Sequence record: JX128257
Reading direction: 5' to 3' (one strand)
DNA: 64,000 bases
Source: Escherichia phage ECML-4
The notes under the pieces are model-generated. The model ran no database searches. It was given only the letters and a program-made list of their open reading frames with translations, and was not told the DNA's origin. Positions 27,015-37,729 of this stretch are shown here, one piece after another (position 1 is the stretch's first letter; every line of letters begins with the position of its first letter). A program made the translations under genes and the position numbers.

Positions 27015-28208
27015 ATGAAAGCCAAGACCTTCAGTATTCCTATCGACAACATTGGTCGTGTCAAGGAACGTCTGGCCAAACTTGAAAGAACGGCCAAGCG
27101 CCTGAATCTCGAGTTCCCTCTTGTCGAATACAGCGAACCATACAAAACCCAGCATCGCGATTCTATCACTGGTGAAAAATTCTATCGGTGGTGGCAGGAT
27201 TGTACACTCACTGGTGAAGGCATCGACCGCCCTGTTTCCTACGGCGGGTGGAGCATTATTGGACAATTCAATCACCAATATCCAAAAGTCATCTTGAATA
27301 AATTAGCAGATGACATCCACCCTAATTTCATTCAAAGATTCGAAGCCGAAAACGTGTCTTGGTGTGAGCATTGTAATAAATCTGTGCGTCGTCATAACAC
27401 ATATGTTGTTCGTAACGAACAATCCGGCGCTCAAATGTTGGTCGGTAGTAGCTGTATGCACCATTACGTTCCTCATCAGAAATCGCTTGATGCCGTGATG
27501 TCTTATTATATGTCGATACATGAAATGTTCTCACCTGATGAAGATGACCCTGAAGGCATCTATCGAGTGAACGAACCTGATTACGTTGACACTGAAGGTT
27601 ATTTGCGGAATTGCTTTCAGGTTCTGCTGTCTGGTATGAGTATGAAGAGCGATGATTTTGGTCGAGTTCTTGGTCATATTTCTAGCGGGACTCGTCCGGA
27701 GAAAGGTTCTGACATTGAGATATTCTATAACAAGGCAGTTAAAGCCCGTGAAGATGCTCAATCAGAGATGTACCATATGATGCTTTTCATCGCCGCGTTG
27801 TCTGAGAACAATGATTTCAACGTTCGTCTGAAACGTATGTGTGAACCTGGATATCACCTCGTTAAGGACTCCACGACAGTTCGTTGGGGAGCAGCAAAGT
27901 ATTATGATTATATCCACACCCCCCGCCAAATGCGTTCTGTATCAAATTGGGTGGGGGAAGTCGGTGAAATGTTAGAAGTGCAAGTCAAATTCGAAGCAAG
28001 GATTTTCCTGTATTCATCTGATTATGGTGACACGTATCTGTATACTTTCAAAACCAAAGAAGGCAATACCATTACATGGAAGACTTCTTATATGGAAACC
28101 GAATTCCTGGAAGGTGATATGATCATTCGTGGTCGCGTCAAAGAATTGACCGAATTCAAAGATGTTAAACAAACTCAGGTAACAAGGGCAAAACTGAGGA
28201 AATTATGA
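27015..28208 (+). CDS. hypothetical protein (contains a CxxC motif)
   Basis: 397 aa ORF with GAGAGG SD; no confident domain call. Confidence 0.5.
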   Translation: MKAKTFSIPIDNIGRVKERLAKLERTAKRLNLEFPLVEYSEPYKTQHRDSITGEKFYRWWQDCTLTGEGIDRPVSYGGWSIIGQFNHQYPKVILNKLADDIHPNFIQRFEAENVSWCEHCNKSVRRHNTYVVRNEQSGAQMLVGSSCMHHYVPHQKSLDAVMSYYMSIHEMFSPDEDDPEGIYRVNEPDYVDTEGYLRNCFQVLLSGMSMKSDDFGRVLGHISSGTRPEKGSDIEIFYNKAVKAREDAQSEMYHMMLFIAALSENNDFNVRLKRMCEPGYHLVKDSTTVRWGAAKYYDYIHTPRQMRSVSNWVGEVGEMLEVQVKFEARIFLYSSDYGDTYLYTFKTKEGNTITWKTSYMETEFLEGDMIIRGRVKELTEFKDVKQTQVTRAKLRKL

Positions 28209-28321
28209 TTCTTTTACAATTTGTTTTGAAAGCATTTGCATTCGGTCTTATCGCATGCGGAGTGATCACAGCTATGCTGTTAATCATAGCCCTGATCATC
28301 CCCTTTAAGAGGAAGAAATGA

Positions 28322-28522
28322 ATGAAGCGCGAAATTAAGGATGTGTATGATCCTGGATCTTGTTGCCCAGGACACGACAAATATCCTTCAGAAAAATATA
28401 AAAATCGTCGTTCTGTAGCTAAACGTTCCGAGGGGATAAAGAAAGAACATCGTCACGCTCGCCGTGTTAAGCGCCTTGCGTTGAAAATCGATATATTCTA
28501 TTCACCTCAGGAGGATTTTTAA
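28322..28522 (+). CDS. hypothetical small basic protein
   Basis: 66 aa ORF. Confidence 0.4.
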   Translation: MKREIKDVYDPGSCCPGHDKYPSEKYKNRRSVAKRSEGIKKEHRHARRVKRLALKIDIFYSPQEDF

Positions 28523-28731
28523 TGGAATGTTCATGTGGAGGGCAAGGCACAAGTGCATACTTGCCATTTAACACCGTCAAGGAAGCCGAAGACGCTGGAT
28601 ATGCCGTGGACAAGGCTCCCTGTGTAATTGCCATTAAGGATTGTCCGTGCTGTAAGAGGCACTCTCAGAACGTTTGGTATGCCCCAGAAGCAAAGGGCAA
28701 AATTAATTTATTGAATATGATGAGGAAGTAA
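28522..28731 (+). CDS. hypothetical small Cys-rich protein
   Basis: 69 aa ORF with AGGAGG SD and several CxxC-like pairs. Confidence 0.4.
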   Translation: MECSCGGQGTSAYLPFNTVKEAEDAGYAVDKAPCVIAIKDCPCCKRHSQNVWYAPEAKGKINLLNMMRK

Positions 28732-28732
28732 T

Positions 28733-29071
28733 ATGACCACACTCGTAGAAACATTATTCCCAGGATGCACCCTTGGGCGCGGCGGTAGCGAAGCCAACGG
28801 GCTGGCAATTGACGCCGAACCACAGAACTGCGTTGTTATCGACAAATTCCATGACAATCACTATCCTCTGAGCCATCGTCGTGATCATTATCTGGTTTCT
28901 GTGGGCGAAACATTGGTCTCTCTTCGTATTTGTGAAGCAATGCCTGGTTATGGTTATGACGCATTTGCATATATCCATAGCGTTTCCAATGGGGAAATGG
29001 AGAAAGAAACCCTGACTGAACAATTCAAAGGATGGAAAGAATCTTTCACTTCTGTCAAGGAAAGAAGTTAG
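28733..29071 (+). CDS. hypothetical protein
   Basis: ORF with GAGGAAG SD. Confidence 0.45.
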   Translation: MTTLVETLFPGCTLGRGGSEANGLAIDAEPQNCVVIDKFHDNHYPLSHRRDHYLVSVGETLVSLRICEAMPGYGYDAFAYIHSVSNGEMEKETLTEQFKGWKESFTSVKERS

Positions 29072-29129
29072 AATAATTCTATTGAAGTCTCTGGGGTTAT
29101 AATAACAAGACGAATAACCCTGGAGACAC

Positions 29130-30584
29130 ATGATGCTTCCTCTCTTAGAAATAATCCAAAATCTTCGTGATACCAAAGGCACTAATGCTAAGAAAGCCGT
29201 GTTGACCGAAGCGTTCAGGACCAATCCGGAACTGGTTGATTTCCTTCAATACGTTTATGATCCAATGCGTTCTTATTATCGCACCCAATTCAATCTGAAT
29301 GCATTCCCTCGCATGCTTTCGCGCGGCGTTGTCGGTAGCTGGGATCAGGTTTATGACGTTCTTGATATGATGTCAGAACGTCGTATTGGCGGGATGAAGG
29401 CCGACCAAGAACTGGCAAAAGCCGCAACGAATATTCACCCTGATTATCACACCCTCATCCAGATCATTCTCGACCGAGACATTAAAGCGGGGATTGCTGA
29501 GAAAGGTATCAACGCAGCATTCAACGCAGCCGGAGGCACAGGTCGCCTGATTAACATCCTCCCATATCATCGTTATGACAACATGACGATTGATTTGTTG
29601 AAGATGATGGACTTCAAGCGCGGCGTATTCAGTCAGCTGAAGTCTGACGGGATGTTCGCCAACATCATTTGTCGCTATGGAAAAGATCCAGAGATTCGTT
29701 CTCGTTCTGGTTCTTTGATTGCGGGTGGTTCCGTTGATAACCTATCATTGGTTTTCAAAGATATCATCTATGACGCTGGGATTGGGGAAAGCGTTTTTCA
29801 TGGTGAACTCCTTGTTATCGATCTGAAGACGAATACAGTCCTTCCCAGAGCTATCGGTAACGGTAAACTCAACAGCGTCATCCAGACTGGTGAACCTCTG
29901 GAAGATCGTTATCAAGTGATTTATCGTGTATGGGATGTTGTTCCATACGACAAATGGTTCAACGCAGAGCGGGTTGACACCCCGTATGAACGACGCTTCG
30001 ATATTATCCAGCAGCTGTTTGATGAAGACGACGGGTTGGTTCAGGTTCAGGAGACCCGTGTTGTTCACTCGTTTGAAGAGGCGGTTGATCACTTCAAGGA
30101 TGCACTGGCTCGTGGCGAAGAAGGAACGATCTGTAAAGCGGCTGATATGCCATGGGAAGACGGCACTTCCTCTGAAGGTCTGAAATTGAAGATGGAAGTG
30201 GAATGCGACCTTGAAATTGTGGGATTTAACGAAGGGGATAAGAAAGGCAAACATGCCAAGACTTTTGGTTCTCTGTTATGTAAGACTTCCGACGGCCTAT
30301 TAGTCGTTGGCGTCTCTGGGATCTCAGATGAGCTGAGACTCCGGATGTGGGAAAACCAGGGCGACTACATTGGCATGATAGCTGCGGTGCTCTCTAACGG
30401 TGTCCAGGATAAAACAGATGACGCCATGAAGTCCTTGTTCCTCCCGCGACTTGTCGAAGTGCGCACAGACAAGAAAGTTGCCAACACGCTGGCTGAGGTC
30501 TATGCTATCCAGAAAGCGTACATTGAAAACATTCTGGTGTTGCTGGAGGCTGGTATGATGAACAAGGAGCCTGACAATGGGTGA
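29130..30584 (+). CDS. ATP-dependent DNA ligase
   Basis: Nucleotidyltransferase motifs I (KSDG), III (FHGELLV), IV (EGTICK) and V (LKLK). Confidence 0.8.
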   Translation: MMLPLLEIIQNLRDTKGTNAKKAVLTEAFRTNPELVDFLQYVYDPMRSYYRTQFNLNAFPRMLSRGVVGSWDQVYDVLDMMSERRIGGMKADQELAKAATNIHPDYHTLIQIILDRDIKAGIAEKGINAAFNAAGGTGRLINILPYHRYDNMTIDLLKMMDFKRGVFSQLKSDGMFANIICRYGKDPEIRSRSGSLIAGGSVDNLSLVFKDIIYDAGIGESVFHGELLVIDLKTNTVLPRAIGNGKLNSVIQTGEPLEDRYQVIYRVWDVVPYDKWFNAERVDTPYERRFDIIQQLFDEDDGLVQVQETRVVHSFEEAVDHFKDALARGEEGTICKAADMPWEDGTSSEGLKLKMEVECDLEIVGFNEGDKKGKHAKTFGSLLCKTSDGLLVVGVSGISDELRLRMWENQGDYIGMIAAVLSNGVQDKTDDAMKSLFLPRLVEVRTDKKVANTLAEVYAIQKAYIENILVLLEAGMMNKEPDNG

Positions 30585-30825
30585 GTACATGAGTTTCTGG
30601 TGGGCGAAGTTCCTTGTTGAACTTCAAATATCCGGCGCGGTGTTTTTGTTACTGTTCTTGATAGCCATGATACCCGTTACACGGAAAGCGATCAAGCAAT
30701 GGCGTTGCAAGCACCCCACCTATCGTGAGAACTACGCATGCCAAGCCATCTGCACACATTGCGGGAAGGATATGGGCTTCGTCGGTATTATTCGCAAAAT
30801 GAAGAATCACAAAGAGGTGTGGTGA
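30577..30825 (+). CDS. hypothetical membrane protein with C-terminal Cys cluster
   Basis: AAGGAG SD; hydrophobic N-terminal half. Confidence 0.45.
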   Translation: MGEYMSFWWAKFLVELQISGAVFLLLFLIAMIPVTRKAIKQWRCKHPTYRENYACQAICTHCGKDMGFVGIIRKMKNHKEVW

Positions 30826-31031
30826 TGAACCAGATGTGTGAGAGGGTGAAAGAATTCATCCACCGGAACCCCAATTGCTCCTACGCGCAGATCGCTGAAG
30901 GTGCCAATATCCCCATGAGTATGGTCAGTGGTTGCCTTCGCGTTTTGATACGCGATGGTCATGTTGTGAAGTATAACCATAAAGATGCTCAGGGTAAAAC
31001 CCTATCTAATTCGTATGATGTTGTGGGTTAG
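30825..31031 (+). CDS. hypothetical small protein (possible winged-helix DNA-binding)
   Basis: Internal ATG of the track ORF 30738..31031, overlapping the previous stop as TGATG; start inferred. Confidence 0.4.
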   Translation: MNQMCERVKEFIHRNPNCSYAQIAEGANIPMSMVSGCLRVLIRDGHVVKYNHKDAQGKTLSNSYDVVG

Positions 31032-31111
31032 AATTGAATTAAGGGGGTTACACCCCCTTTCAATAAATCTATGACAGTATAATTCCAACACATCATCACA
31101 ACGGTATTGTT

Positions 31112-31375
31112 ATGAAACTTGTTGACAAACAACCAAGAAAGAATAATGACTCATTACATCTCTTAACCATTATGCGGGAGTTGGGAGTTTCTGAATTGCA
31201 AATGATGAAGTTGATGAATTGTTCTGACGTTGTCTATAATTGGACAAACGGTTATCGTCTTATCCCAAAATCATTCCGTCGTTTCATTTTGGCATTGGTG
31301 TTTATTCATCGCCAAGGAAAAACAGAAGAGTTTCAACGTTTCGTTAAATCAGAGGAGAGATCACGTGGTTGGTAA
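31112..31375 (+). CDS. hypothetical protein
   Basis: ORF preceded by a TATAAT-like element. Confidence 0.4.
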   Translation: MKLVDKQPRKNNDSLHLLTIMRELGVSELQMMKLMNCSDVVYNWTNGYRLIPKSFRRFILALVFIHRQGKTEEFQRFVKSEERSRGW

Positions 31376-31518
31376 AAATCCGCCGTCATATGTCAAAATC
31401 GGGATCGCTTTCCGGAACGCCATGCTTTTCATTAAAGAGAAAGGCTTGATGTCGGAGTTCAATCAGTTCTGTTCTGAACGCCACAGATTACAGAAACAGA
31501 AAAGCAGGGAGAAACGCC

Positions 31519-32181
31519 ATGATAACTGAGTGGGAGAAAATGCAATATGAACGTGCATTTAACGTTTATTGCATATATATGGCGATCAAGTTGCATTTCA
31601 CCACCAAAGATTTTGATTATGGTCTATATGGGCCGATGAACAATTACAAGTTTGAAACATTCTATTCTAAACAGGGCGTGGCCAAACAATTTGCTAAACT
31701 TGCTCGTCGGTTTGAATCTTCCCAGGGTGAAGTGGTGGAAAATTATATCATCGCCAACTTTGTTAAATCACCAAAAACATGGGTGACAACATTACTCACC
31801 CGTCAGGCTCAAGAAAATTATAATGAATATCGCCGCCTGTACGATAACTTTTCATATAATTTTCTTGACCATTTTGAACGTTATATGATTCCGGAAATAA
31901 AAGAAAGAGGTGTGAACTTTATCCAGTACATCAAAGGAAATGGGAATGGTCACCCACCGTTGCTGACAGACATTATCATTAAACGTTATCCGATTTGGTT
32001 TTTGGTTGGATTGAATAAAGTGGTGGGATTTATTCATTTATATGATACAATACTCAAGGAAGATATTTATTGGAATTCTGAGTCGTTCTTATTGAAAAAG
32101 ACTAATTCTGTGGTTCCGGATGAAAATACAGAATACACGAAAGGAAAACTCCGTGAGCTAATCCTTGCCCACGGAATTTGA
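31519..32181 (+). CDS. helicase-loading protein, gp59-like (putative)
   Basis: Size and Tyr/Phe-rich pattern resemble T4 gp59; weak, by-eye similarity only. Confidence 0.45.
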   Translation: MITEWEKMQYERAFNVYCIYMAIKLHFTTKDFDYGLYGPMNNYKFETFYSKQGVAKQFAKLARRFESSQGEVVENYIIANFVKSPKTWVTTLLTRQAQENYNEYRRLYDNFSYNFLDHFERYMIPEIKERGVNFIQYIKGNGNGHPPLLTDIIIKRYPIWFLVGLNKVVGFIHLYDTILKEDIYWNSESFLLKKTNSVVPDENTEYTKGKLRELILAHGI

Positions 32182-34122
32182 TTACCAATCCCAAAGAATA
32201 CGACCTGCGTCAGTACGGTTGGACGGCTCCAGTTGTGAACTGTTGAAGTTGTTTGTCGTACTGACTTTCTTCGAGTTATCAACATTTTGTTGTACAGGCA
32301 TTACCACACTGGCTGGTGGGTTGGCGTAGGAAGATTTAACTTCCTCAATGTTGTTAGCCGCTCTCCCCTGAACCGGATATGCCCCACCCAGAGTACCTCC
32401 CCCGATCCCAGCATATGCATCTTTCAATTGAGAAGTGCGATCTGTTACGTTCACAGCATCCGAAGAAACCCCAGAAGGCATTGGAGTCAGCGTGCTGATA
32501 TCTGCATTAGGTTGTGCTGGCGATTGACTGTTCGGTGGTACAGAGGCATTCTCAGGAGCCTTATCGTCTTGGCTTATCAGCATAGACTGTCTTGCTTCCG
32601 CCATCTTATTCCTGGCTGCTTCACCACCCAACGCATCGGGGATAATGCTGACAAACTTATCCACGATATCAAACATCGCATTGGTGATAGCATTCAACAT
32701 GTTGAAGAAAGGTTTCTTCACATTTTCAGCAAATCCTTTCTTCATGTCTTCAACGACTTTGTTTGCAGCCGCCATGCCGTCATCTATCAGGCCAGTTATT
32801 CCACCCGTTACCCAATCAACCAATTTTATCAATTGGCCTTGCAAGTTATCTGCAAGTTTACCAGGTATTTCGGTCAGTGATGTGCTCTTCCCAATACCCG
32901 CAAACAAATCGTTGGTGACCCAATCAACAATCGAGTTCAACCAACGCACGGGCGCTTCGGTCATTTTCAGCACTTGTTCACGGAACGCCTTTCCAAACCC
33001 AGCATTGTTCCATCCGAATATTTCAGCAACCCAATCAGCGAGATCCCCGAAACTACCGACCAGCTCTGTTATCCCTGCCTGAACCCGATCAACGATCGAT
33101 ACTTGCGCTTTACCAAGGATTTCTTTAGCATTAAAGAACCCTTTACCGAATTCAAATACAGATGTTATTAACGCCAGAGGTCCAACTCGAAGCATCTTGG
33201 TTGCTGCTTTCAGGGGCGCAAGCAACCCGCCGATCCCAGCACCAAACCCCATGAATAATTTAATGAAGCCACCAACAAGTTTTAATGGGGACATCAGGAG
33301 TTTTAACGCGCCCAGTCCAAGGAGTGCCCCCAGCGCCGCGCCTAACCCAGAAGATTGACCATCTTGTTTAGGCTCAGACGGAGGGATAGAACCAGCCTCT
33401 GGATTGTTCTTGTTTTCTTTACCTTCTTCACCACGACGGAATTTCTCTTCTTCTCTATATTTTTGATCACTTTCATAGATACGTGTCAGAGTATCATTAA
33501 GATCTTCGTTCATGTATCCCAATTTGTCATCAATGCTGTCGAGGCGGGTAACAGTTTCGTTACTGGCATCTTTATTGAAATCCAGCGTGTCCTTATGCGT
33601 TTGAAGCATTATGTCAGTCAGGTTTACGATCTCCCCTCCGACCAACGCCAGCTTATCCTTTAATCCATCAAGGCGTTCAAGACTATCTTCGTTGGCTGCG
33701 CCCAATTGATCTGATATCATGTCAAGATATTCAACTGACATGTCGTCAACCGGACCATTCGCTGCTTCACCAAATTTTTCGATCTTGGTGGCGATACGCA
33801 TCAGTTCTTCATTGCCATCCTTTGTTAGACTGACGGTGTCTTTCATCCAAGTGCTGTAATCCCTTGTGAAAATAGGACTGACGCGGACGAACCCACCAAC
33901 AATATCATTCACCGATGGGAATTTAATTGGCGGGACTTTCTGCTCCTGATTAGACGCCTGTCGTGTCTTCAGAGATTGCAGTTGTTTGTTGACATCGGCG
34001 AGCTGTTTATTCGTCTCGGATTGGGCGCGCAATTGCTTGCGCTCCATCATTTCTTTTTTGATTTTATCCAAAACCTTGACGATGTCTTGCTGCCCTGGTG
34101 TCGGTTGATTGTTATCTGCCAT
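32182..34122 (-). CDS. tail length determinant / baseplate hub protein (gp29-like tape-measure-type)
   Basis: 646 aa; N-terminal coiled-coil, Gly/Ala/Leu-rich hydrophobic central region, Ser/Asn-rich C-terminus; within the baseplate hub operon. Confidence 0.6.
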   Translation of the reverse strand: MADNNQPTPGQQDIVKVLDKIKKEMMERKQLRAQSETNKQLADVNKQLQSLKTRQASNQEQKVPPIKFPSVNDIVGGFVRVSPIFTRDYSTWMKDTVSLTKDGNEELMRIATKIEKFGEAANGPVDDMSVEYLDMISDQLGAANEDSLERLDGLKDKLALVGGEIVNLTDIMLQTHKDTLDFNKDASNETVTRLDSIDDKLGYMNEDLNDTLTRIYESDQKYREEEKFRRGEEGKENKNNPEAGSIPPSEPKQDGQSSGLGAALGALLGLGALKLLMSPLKLVGGFIKLFMGFGAGIGGLLAPLKAATKMLRVGPLALITSVFEFGKGFFNAKEILGKAQVSIVDRVQAGITELVGSFGDLADWVAEIFGWNNAGFGKAFREQVLKMTEAPVRWLNSIVDWVTNDLFAGIGKSTSLTEIPGKLADNLQGQLIKLVDWVTGGITGLIDDGMAAANKVVEDMKKGFAENVKKPFFNMLNAITNAMFDIVDKFVSIIPDALGGEAARNKMAEARQSMLISQDDKAPENASVPPNSQSPAQPNADISTLTPMPSGVSSDAVNVTDRTSQLKDAYAGIGGGTLGGAYPVQGRAANNIEEVKSSYANPPASVVMPVQQNVDNSKKVSTTNNFNSSQLEPSNRTDAGRILWDW

Positions 34123-34132
34123 TTGTCACCTC

Positions 34133-35521
34133 TCAGACCTTCTGGGCTTGTCCTTTCTCTATTGGCGTCGGAGTTGGTGTAGAAGCCACAGTTTGACCAG
34201 TCTGAGGCGGTAAGACCTTCTGGATCATACTATCTTTGGCAATCTCAGCGACGCATTGATAATCATTTGTCAGGCGTGAAATCTTGTGGCGTATCTTTGT
34301 GACGATATAATGGCCTGTTGATAACTTACTTAACTCGGCAATGTTTTCATTAGATTTCGGGCGGTTCGACAAATCTTCAATATAATAAACCTGCCCAACA
34401 TTCAGACGGTTATCCCCCACGACCAGCAAACGCATAACCGTTGATGCGAGGCTGAATTCTATAACGCGTCGTGCGTAATCTATTTGTTCGGCACCATCCG
34501 GTTGCGCTTCAATGTACCTAACGTTCTCGCGGTCGAATTGATCAGAGAACAAAGGGAACGGATCAAGGTGAGCAGTGCTGTCAAACCATTCTGAATAAAT
34601 GCGTTGGGTCGCTGTCGTGGATTTTGTACTAAAGTCATACACGCGCTCGTTCACTGCCAAGATATCCCGATAATTCGCCATGTACTGATCACGCGCCAGT
34701 TTCTTTTCAGCCTTGATGATCGTCCGCATAAAACGTTCGGAGTTGAAGTTGTTGTCTTGCATCAACGGGGCATCTTGAGGATCACGGAAGAATTTCTTTT
34801 CCGCGCTTGCCTCTTGTTTCTCTTCAGCAGTCATGGACTGATTGCCCTGGTTGAACAATGTCGTCATGCTCTTGAAGTGATAGCCTGTGAAGTCTTCATA
34901 GAAAACAAATGGCATAAACAATTCGTCGTATGCGCGGCTGGCCATATAATCGATGGAACGAAGTACAGGCCAAAGAGGAGTTGCGAATCGTTCTTGCACA
35001 CCATACGACGGATCTATGTCTTCAAATTTGGTTCGAGAATTTAACTGCTCAAAAATCTTGGCCGCCATTTCTGAATAAGAACCGCTCAGACCGATAGACT
35101 TACGCAGCATGCTGTCACGGTACGCATCTGTTGTCACCAAGTGCAGCCAAAATGCTTTTTTAGATGATGAATTGGATTCATCCGCAACTCTGCCCACCCG
35201 ACTCACGCGCAATGAGAGAGTAGTGTAATCAGAAGCCGCTGGTGATTTGAATGACACCACCACTTCTTCACCGCCAAGTATCGGCATTGTGTCCAATATA
35301 TCCCAACCTTCTTTTATCAAGATATTGGCTGTCAGTGAAGGAGAAGCATTACCTTCCAAACCAAGATCTTGGTAGACGTTGAATTCTTGAAATAAAGAAG
35401 ACAGGTCATATGGTCTTGGCGTACCACCTTCTGGAGTATGTGGTAGGATCGCCATATACTTCAAATCAAATGTGGTGGACGGTGTTAAAATACCGTCTTG
35501 AGATTCTTTATTTTCGATCAT
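34133..35521 (-). CDS. baseplate hub-associated structural protein (gp27-like?)
   Basis: Position directly upstream of the tape-measure-like gene in the same operon; no motif-level confirmation. Confidence 0.45.
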   Translation of the reverse strand: MIENKESQDGILTPSTTFDLKYMAILPHTPEGGTPRPYDLSSLFQEFNVYQDLGLEGNASPSLTANILIKEGWDILDTMPILGGEEVVVSFKSPAASDYTTLSLRVSRVGRVADESNSSSKKAFWLHLVTTDAYRDSMLRKSIGLSGSYSEMAAKIFEQLNSRTKFEDIDPSYGVQERFATPLWPVLRSIDYMASRAYDELFMPFVFYEDFTGYHFKSMTTLFNQGNQSMTAEEKQEASAEKKFFRDPQDAPLMQDNNFNSERFMRTIIKAEKKLARDQYMANYRDILAVNERVYDFSTKSTTATQRIYSEWFDSTAHLDPFPLFSDQFDRENVRYIEAQPDGAEQIDYARRVIEFSLASTVMRLLVVGDNRLNVGQVYYIEDLSNRPKSNENIAELSKLSTGHYIVTKIRHKISRLTNDYQCVAEIAKDSMIQKVLPPQTGQTVASTPTPTPIEKGQAQKV

Positions 35522-36075
35522 TTGGTCAGCTCCTGTTCCAGCTGATTAACAAAGGAAGAAACATAATCTGGATCGAGCACTTGGATGTTACGTTTGGCTT
35601 CGTTTTTGTTTATTGCATCATCGTGATATGTAATGCCAGTCAGTCCGTAATTCGCGATGATTGTCGCGTCGTCCATAGCGCCAAGGCCATATGCCAAACG
35701 GATAGCGCGGGGATCTGTTTCATTCCCAAATTCGTCAACGTAGTATTTTACGTCCCACATCCCATCGAGACCATAACGAGCAGTTAGCTCTTCAATGATT
35801 CTGCGTTCTGGTTTTGGCCAGTCTTCTGTGATATCCATGATACCATTGATAAGACATGGTATCCAGAACAACTCGAAGGAACCATAGACCCGTTCCGCAA
35901 AAGACCTTGGGGTTTCCCCATCGAAAACAGTATAAGGCAGGAGAAGCCCTTCTATGTCCCGAATTTTCTTAACAACCATAACCCGTCGTGTCAAGTTTTG
36001 CAACAGGACTTGGTCATTTTCTTTGACACCAATTAGTTGATGCCATACGAGTGGAAATTTCTCAAAATATTTCAT
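35518..36075 (-). CDS. baseplate hub-associated structural protein (gp28-like?)
   Basis: 185 aa; operon context only. Confidence 0.4.
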   Translation of the reverse strand: MKYFEKFPLVWHQLIGVKENDQVLLQNLTRRVMVVKKIRDIEGLLLPYTVFDGETPRSFAERVYGSFELFWIPCLINGIMDITEDWPKPERRIIEELTARYGLDGMWDVKYYVDEFGNETDPRAIRLAYGLGAMDDATIIANYGLTGITYHDDAINKNEAKRNIQVLDPDYVSSFVNQLEQELTK

Positions 36076-36087
36076 GGCATCTTCCCC

Positions 36088-37056
36088 TTAGAAGCTGTCG
36101 CCTTCGGTATCAAAGCGGCCTTTGTGCAACGGTTCCAGTTCAATAAATGTCATGTCAATCTGGGTTGACACGATGCTATCATCTTTGTGGACAGCATATG
36201 AAGAATCCGGCGTCTCGTTGACAAACATGTTTGACAAAACACAAGTCGATATTCGATGTAACCATTTATTGCGTTCCCCCTGCACCATGAACGTGATGTC
36301 AAATGTGGAAGGGTGTAGGTAGAATGCACTGGAATTCTTGTTGTATTTGTATTCAGGGTACATATGCATCTTGAACAGACGAATGATCTCCCTCACCATT
36401 TTCGCCTCTTTTTGAGATCGAGGGGTGAATTTAAAGGTGAATGGAATTTCGCGGTTGCGCACCCCTTGGAATATCATTTCTACATATGGGTTTGTCATTG
36501 TGCCCGTGAACAACTCTAATGTATCGTGAGCATTAATTGTTGGTAAGAACGGAATTGCTTCCGAAGCAGATTGAATCGCCTTTGTGGCAGCAAATCGCCC
36601 CATTTCTTTTCCCACGTTTAATGCATCGCCAAGTTTGAATTGGCTCATATCTTGGGCAGCGCGGGATAAGAATTGGGCACCCATACCAGCTAATCCTAAC
36701 TCAGAGCCGTTCCAACCAACGCCATAGTTGGTTGTAATAGATTCAGGCATGCATAACACTATGGACTCGTTAGAGCGGACATGACGCGCCCAAGCATATT
36801 TGCTGATAGAACCTGATTTAGAACCATAAACCACAGGAGTTTTTCCCAGTGGGTTTTGGATAGGGTTCTCAACGGTTTGAGTCGTTGTGTCGCCGTATGA
36901 CGATCCTGATATGCGGTTAATATTGAATAAAACATAATGACCGAGGGTTTTACCCCCCGTTATATCCAACGGATAGACCAATTGCTTCTGAGACTTGGCC
37001 AAGCCTTTTGTGTTCAGAACTTTGATCTTATCGATGGTCGACTTGAAATTCGCCAT
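36088..37056 (-). CDS. baseplate/tail-tube junction structural protein (gp48/gp54-like?)
   Basis: 322 aa; first gene of the minus-strand hub operon. Confidence 0.4.
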   Translation of the reverse strand: MANFKSTIDKIKVLNTKGLAKSQKQLVYPLDITGGKTLGHYVLFNINRISGSSYGDTTTQTVENPIQNPLGKTPVVYGSKSGSISKYAWARHVRSNESIVLCMPESITTNYGVGWNGSELGLAGMGAQFLSRAAQDMSQFKLGDALNVGKEMGRFAATKAIQSASEAIPFLPTINAHDTLELFTGTMTNPYVEMIFQGVRNREIPFTFKFTPRSQKEAKMVREIIRLFKMHMYPEYKYNKNSSAFYLHPSTFDITFMVQGERNKWLHRISTCVLSNMFVNETPDSSYAVHKDDSIVSTQIDMTFIELEPLHKGRFDTEGDSF

Positions 37057-37108
37057 GGTCTGAAGCCCTTAATTAGAATAGAGTAATGACACTATTTAGG
37101 ACTAGAAT

Positions 37109-37729
37109 ATGGCTATGTATTTGCAGGGGAAGTATGTTCCCGTAAATCCCAAGAAATATAAAGGCGATGTGAACAAAATAGTTTTTCGTTCATCACTAGA
37201 ACTTGTCGCCTTCAAATTCTGTGATATGAATCCTGCTATTGTTTATTGGTCATCCGAAGAAACCGTAATCCCATATATCTCTCCAGTTGATGGTCGCGCC
37301 CACCGCTATTTTATGGATTTGAAAGTATGGACTCGTCGACAAGACTCTGAAGAGTTACAGATAACTCTTATTGAAATAAAACCCAAAGACCAAATTAAAG
37401 AACCCCGAAAAACAAAAACGATGAAGGAATCAACGTTCAATAATTCGATGCGTACATGGCTGGTGAACCAAGCGAAGTGGACCGCCACCAAAGAGCATTG
37501 TGCTAAAGTTGGTTGGAAATTCATTATTTGGACGGAAGAGCATTTGGTACCAGGAGAAGATCCCGAAGTTAAAAAACAATTTGCGCTACGTTCTAAGAAA
37601 AAGCGCGAGGTCGAAATGGAAGATCGACGCCGCGCTCAAAGAATTAATGCGTTGAAAGAGCAGATGAAAAAGGAAACTTCCAACAAACAAACGACAAAAC
37701 CTGAGGATGACGGTTTGTTGTTACCCTGA
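37109..37729 (+). CDS. hypothetical protein with Lys-rich C-terminus (possible head-completion gp4-like protein)
   Basis: AGGA SD; divergent from the baseplate hub operon as T4 gene 4 is; the call is low-confidence inference. Confidence 0.4.
   Translation: MAMYLQGKYVPVNPKKYKGDVNKIVFRSSLELVAFKFCDMNPAIVYWSSEETVIPYISPVDGRAHRYFMDLKVWTRRQDSEELQITLIEIKPKDQIKEPRKTKTMKESTFNNSMRTWLVNQAKWTATKEHCAKVGWKFIIWTEEHLVPGEDPEVKKQFALRSKKKREVEMEDRRRAQRINALKEQMKKETSNKQTTKPEDDGLLLP

Noticed and set aside
31365-31529. About 55 aa GTG-initiated ORF with a GGAGAG SD
   Set aside because: Overlaps both neighbouring genes in a different frame and relies on a GTG start; plausible but too uncertain to list as a feature.
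32287-33171. Several plus-strand ORFs (197, 145 and 65 aa)
   Set aside because: All lie antisense within the tape-measure-like gene, whose repetitive codon composition generates open antisense frames.
34604-35044. 146 aa plus-strand ORF
   Set aside because: Antisense inside the 34133..35521 structural gene.
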